Assembly (NCBI GenBank): GCA_005799495.1 | Contig: SYGP01000028.1 | Location: forward strand, 6,913-70,912 | From: Planctomycetia bacterium | GTDB taxonomy: Bacteria; Planctomycetota; Phycisphaerae; Phycisphaerales; SM1A02 | Direction: 5' to 3' | DNA: 64,000 nucleotides | Part shown: positions 60,977-64,000 of the stretch, in pieces | How positions within the stretch are numbered: position 1 is the stretch's first letter | Layout: each line of letters starts with the position of its first letter | Program-made: the position numbers and the translations under genes | The notes under the pieces: model-generated | Database searches by the model: none | The model's input: only the letters and a program-made list of their open reading frames with translations | What the model was told of the DNA's origin: nothing

Positions 60977-61920
60977 GCAAGCGCGGGGACATTCACACGC
61001 AGGGCTTCCGCGGTGAGGCGCCCCATGTCCGCAGGGCTCTCCGCCACGATGACGCCGCAGGCGCGCAGCGCTTCGATCTTCGCCTGCGCCGTGTCCTCAG
61101 CGCCGCCGATGATCGCGCCGGCGTGGCCCATGCGGCGACCGGGCGGTGCGGTACGACCTGCGATGAAGGCGATGACGGGCTTGCGCGAATGCGCGCGAAT
61201 CCAGCGGCCGCCGATGACCTCTGCGTTGCCGCCGATTTCACCGATCATCACGCTCGCGTCGGTCTGTGGATCGGCTGCGAACAGTTCAAGGACATCGAGG
61301 AAATCGAGTCCCTTCACGGGGTCGCCGCCGATGCCGACACAGGTGCTTTGCCCAATGCCTCGCGCCGAGCACTGCCAGACCGCTTCGTACGTCAGTGTGC
61401 CCGATCGACTGACGATGCCCACCGACTTGCCGCTCGGCGCATCATCGCGGTGCGTGTGGATGTAGCCGGGCATGATGCCGATCTTGCAGCCGCCCGCGAA
61501 GCGCCCATCGTCCGTCCTGCGGCCAGGCGTGATCACGCCTGGGCAGTTCGGGCCGACAAGCGTGACCGCTGGAGAGTGGTGGAGCATCGAGCGCACGCGG
61601 ATCATGTCCTGCACTGGAATGCCCTCGGTGATGGCGCAGATGAGTGAGATGCCTGCATCGGCTGCCTCGAGGATCGCATCGCCCGCGAAGGGTGGCGGGA
61701 CGAAGATCATCGTTGCGTTCGCGTCGGTTGCCTTCACCGCATCGTGCACCGTGTCGAAGATCGGCAGTCCGTTTGGATCGACCTGACCACCCTTGCCCGG
61801 CGTGGTGCCGCCCACCATCCGCGTTCCGTAGTCGAGACACCCCTTGGTATGGAACGCGCCCGCTGCACCTGTGATGCCCTGACAGATCACGCGAGTATTG
61901 CCGTCAATCAATATGGACAT
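60973..61920 (-). CDS. sucD: Succinyl-CoA ligase (ADP-forming) alpha subunit
   Basis: The N-terminus is [18 protein letters not shown]. Motifs [25 protein letters not shown] and [12 protein letters not shown] are present, and MGHAGAII carries the phosphohistidine. Confidence 0.9.
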   Translation of the reverse strand: MSILIDGNTRVICQGITGAAGAFHTKGCLDYGTRMVGGTTPGKGGQVDPNGLPIFDTVHDAVKATDANATMIFVPPPFAGDAILEAADAGISLICAITEGIPVQDMIRVRSMLHHSPAVTLVGPNCPGVITPGRRTDDGRFAGGCKIGIMPGYIHTHRDDAPSGKSVGIVSRSGTLTYEAVWQCSARGIGQSTCVGIGGDPVKGLDFLDVLELFAADPQTDASVMIGEIGGNAEVIGGRWIRAHSRKPVIAFIAGRTAPPGRRMGHAGAIIGGAEDTAQAKIEALRACGVIVAESPADMGRLTAEALRVNVPALA

Positions 61921-61988
61921 GGGACGGAGAAGCATAACCATTGCCGAGCCCGTAGACCGATCTGCCCTGCATCGTGTGTAATGCGCCG

Positions 61989-63077
61989 ATGACGGCGATT
62001 CCTGCCCGCAAGGGCCTGACCTACCGAGATGCGGGCGTGAACATCGATGCGGGCGATGAAGTGGTGGAGCGCATCGGGCCTGTCCTGAAGCGCACGCAGG
62101 ATGCGCGCGTGCTCGGTCGCCATGGGGGATTTGCAGGAATGTTCCGCCTCGTGCGCGGCAAGGGCAGCGGCAAAGGTTCGCGCCGCTGGCGGAAGCCCGT
62201 GCTGGTTGGTTGCACGGATGGCGTCGGGACGAAGGTGCTGTTGGCGGTGGAGCGACGATCGTTCGCGGGCATCGGCATCGACTGCGTCGCGATGAACGTG
62301 AACGACCTCATCGTGCAAGGTGCGGAGCCCCTGTTCTTCCTGGATTATCTCGGCCTGTCCCGACTGCAACCTGATGAGACGGCGCAGCTGATCGAGAGTG
62401 TGGCACGCGGATGTGAGATCGCCGGTTGTGCGCTGCTCGGCGGCGAGTGTGCGGAGATGCCGGATATCTACAAGCCCGGCGACTTCGACATCGCCGGATT
62501 TTGCGTCGGCGCGCTGGAAGAGGGACGAATCATCGACCCAGGCCGTGTGAAGCGCGGTGATGTGGTGATCGGTCTCGCCAGTTCGGGGGTTCACTCGAAC
62601 GGGTACACGCTTGTCCGCCGCATCGTGCGTGATGCAGGGCTTGATCTGGGTGCTTCCTATCCCGACTGCGCGCGCGATCGGACACTCGCGGATGTGCTGC
62701 TCGAGCCGACGCGCATCTATGCGCGCACCGTGCTCGGTCTGCTGGGTGATTCGCGCCTGCGCAAGTCGATCACGGGCATGGCGCACATCACGGGCGGTGG
62801 GCTTCCAGGCAATGTGTGTCGAGCGCTGCCATCGCGCGTGGATGTGGTGATCGATCCGAAGTCATGGGAGGTGCCCGGGATCTTCCCATTCCTGCAGCGG
62901 CACGGTCAGATCGACACGGAGGAGATGTTCCGTGTGTTCAACATGGGCATCGGCTACACGATCCTGTGCCGCGCCGACGCAGCGAGTCGCATGCTGAAGA
63001 GGCTCCAACGCCTGAAGGAGAAGGCGTGGGTGATCGGTGAAGTCGTGAAGGGCAGTGGCGAGGCGCGGATCGGCTGA
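61989..63077 (+). CDS. purM: Phosphoribosylformylglycinamidine cyclo-ligase (AIR synthetase)
   Basis: Motifs [32 protein letters not shown] and [12 protein letters not shown] are present. ATG at 61989 is preferred over the GTG at 61974 used by the ORF track. Confidence 0.9.
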   Translation: MTAIPARKGLTYRDAGVNIDAGDEVVERIGPVLKRTQDARVLGRHGGFAGMFRLVRGKGSGKGSRRWRKPVLVGCTDGVGTKVLLAVERRSFAGIGIDCVAMNVNDLIVQGAEPLFFLDYLGLSRLQPDETAQLIESVARGCEIAGCALLGGECAEMPDIYKPGDFDIAGFCVGALEEGRIIDPGRVKRGDVVIGLASSGVHSNGYTLVRRIVRDAGLDLGASYPDCARDRTLADVLLEPTRIYARTVLGLLGDSRLRKSITGMAHITGGGLPGNVCRALPSRVDVVIDPKSWEVPGIFPFLQRHGQIDTEEMFRVFNMGIGYTILCRADAASRMLKRLQRLKEKAWVIGEVVKGSGEARIG

Positions 63078-63087
63078 TCCGCGTCCG

Positions 63088-63582
63088 TCAACCCGCGTCG
63101 CCGCCGCGCATTCGCTTGCGCTGCGATTGGATGCGCTTGGTCTCGAGTCTTCGCTCTCGGGATGCCCGAGTGGGCTTCGTCTTCCGTCGGCGTTTCGGAG
63201 GGACCGCTCCTTGCAGCACCAGCAGCCGCAGGCGATCAATGCAGAGATCATGGTTCGCGCGCTGCGAGCGGTGTTCGTCGCAGGCGAAGAGCAATTCCGC
63301 CTCGGCGGGTGGTGGTGAGCCATGGGGCGGTGCATCCGCGCCCACAAGATGGGAACCTGCGAGGCGTGCGATCCGCGCGCGCGCTGCGTCGTCCACTCCT
63401 GCGATGGCCACCAGCGCCACGCGCAACTGCGCACGCGACTCAATCTTGTTCACATTCTGTCCGCCGGGTCCGCCCGAGCGGGAAAAGGTGAATCGAAGAT
63501 CGTGCGGTCGTACCCAGGCGCGTGGACCGAGCGCGATGGCGTTCGGTGGTCGATCGGCTGGCGGTAGGCTCACGATGTGCAT
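63088..63582 (-). CDS. arfB: Alternative ribosome-rescue factor ArfB (peptidyl-tRNA hydrolase, RF-1 domain)
   Basis: The GGQ motif is SGGPGGQNVNK. The C-terminal tail is basic (KRRRKTKPTRASRERRLETKRIQSQRKR). The start at M43 (63582) was chosen. Confidence 0.85.
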   Translation of the reverse strand: MHIVSLPPADRPPNAIALGPRAWVRPHDLRFTFSRSGGPGGQNVNKIESRAQLRVALVAIAGVDDAARARIARLAGSHLVGADAPPHGSPPPAEAELLFACDEHRSQRANHDLCIDRLRLLVLQGAVPPKRRRKTKPTRASRERRLETKRIQSQRKRMRGGDAG

Positions 63583-63600
63583 TGGAGCAGCAAATCGTCG

Positions 63601-64000
63601 GTGGTGTCGATCGTCGGTGGTCGCGCAGGAACGATCGGGGTGGCCCTGATCGTCGGCAGCCTCGCCCAGACGCGCGCGAATGCACGGCAAGACGCGCCGC
63701 CGTCGCAAGCGGCGTCGGCGACGGAGGGTGCGGTGTTCCAGAGCGATGTGACAACGATGAAGAGCGTGCCGTTGCTCGGGCCGAAGGAAGATTCCGCGCT
63801 GCGCATCGACTTTGCACCTGCCGCGTGGGCAGCGCGGGTGCGTGCGGACAGCTCGCTTGGAGGTCCGACTTTCAGCGTCGATGGGGACCTTGGGCTGAAC
63901 GGCTACGAAGCGGCGTTCAATGGTGAGTTGGCGATTTCCTGGGGCGAGTTCTGGCGCGTGCAGCTGACGGGTTGGACCTTTTCGACCGATGCGTCGATCA
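63601..64000 (+). CDS. Hypothetical secreted (possibly outer-membrane) protein, N-terminal fragment running off the window
   Basis: This frame is not in the ORF track because there is no stop before the window end. I read it by hand. It opens VVSIVGGRAGTIGVALIVGSLAQTRANA, which is signal-like, and continues ...LRIDFAPAAWAARVRADSSLGGPTFSVDGDLGLNGYEAAFNGELAISWGEFWRVQLTGWTFS. GTG starts are possible at 63577, 63601 and 63604. Confidence 0.5.
   Translation, partial: MVSIVGGRAGTIGVALIVGSLAQTRANARQDAPPSQAASATEGAVFQSDVTTMKSVPLLGPKEDSALRIDFAPAAWAARVRADSSLGGPTFSVDGDLGLNGYEAAFNGELAISWGEFWRVQLTGWTFSTDASI

Noticed and set aside
1-64000. Search for CRISPR arrays, IS elements or transposases, prophage genes, toxin-antitoxin pairs, restriction-modification or other recognisable defence systems, and rRNA.
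   Set aside because: Reading both strands, I found no direct-repeat/spacer periodicity, no transposase or integrase motifs other than the Xer-type recombinase, and no defence-associated domains. The only methyltransferase (39338-40081) has small-molecule/protein MTase-like motifs rather than DNA MTase motifs.

Overview
High-GC bacterial chromosomal window, densely coding on both strands. I call about 58 protein genes, one tRNA-Ala(GGC), one clear intrinsic terminator and one short tandem repeat. All calls come from reading the ORF track and the sequence by eye. No BLAST, HMM or folding was run, so family names are recognition from motifs and need confirmation.

Most of the window is housekeeping:
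- Core metabolism and tRNA synthetase genes: asd, trpC, trpS, pdxA, glmS, folP, trxA.
- A rearranged rpmF-plsX-fabH-fabD / fabG / acpP-fabF lipid cluster.
- rpsL-rpsG, glpK-glpD, sucD, purM and arfB.

Two segments look accessory:
1. 0.9-7.0 kb holds a translationally coupled three-gene peptide-export cassette: a hairpin-less HlyD-like protein, a C39-peptidase ABC transporter and a second ABC transporter. This matches the NHLP/Nif11 bacteriocin export architecture. An unlisted 49-aa minus-strand ORF converges on it and carries a near-consensus double-glycine leader (LSDADLEKASGG) followed by a 20-aa all-cationic core. No maturation enzyme is visible in the window. This is my best candidate for something new.
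2. 21.3-33.1 kb starts directly after the tRNA and encodes only envelope or secreted proteins:
   - a GT-C-like membrane protein;
   - two large proteins that end in twin dockerin/EF-hand-like repeats terminating exactly in WG;
   - an apparent operon of three tandem FGE/SUMF1-fold paralogs plus a coiled-coil-headed beta-barrel porin;
   - a transglutaminase-like protein;
   - a 7-blade FG-GAP protein with a duplicated Cys-rich module.

Downstream lie a DUF1476 (ATPase zeta-inhibitor-like) gene, a stand-alone small 2-TM gene with a textbook terminator, and a GldA/F/G-like ABC system followed by a DUF4340-like gene.

Gene content (dockerin-like tails, FGE-fold expansion, GldG-like system) suggests a PVC-group or Planctomycetota-like organism. 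That is a low-confidence inference. I saw no CRISPR, IS element, prophage or rRNA.
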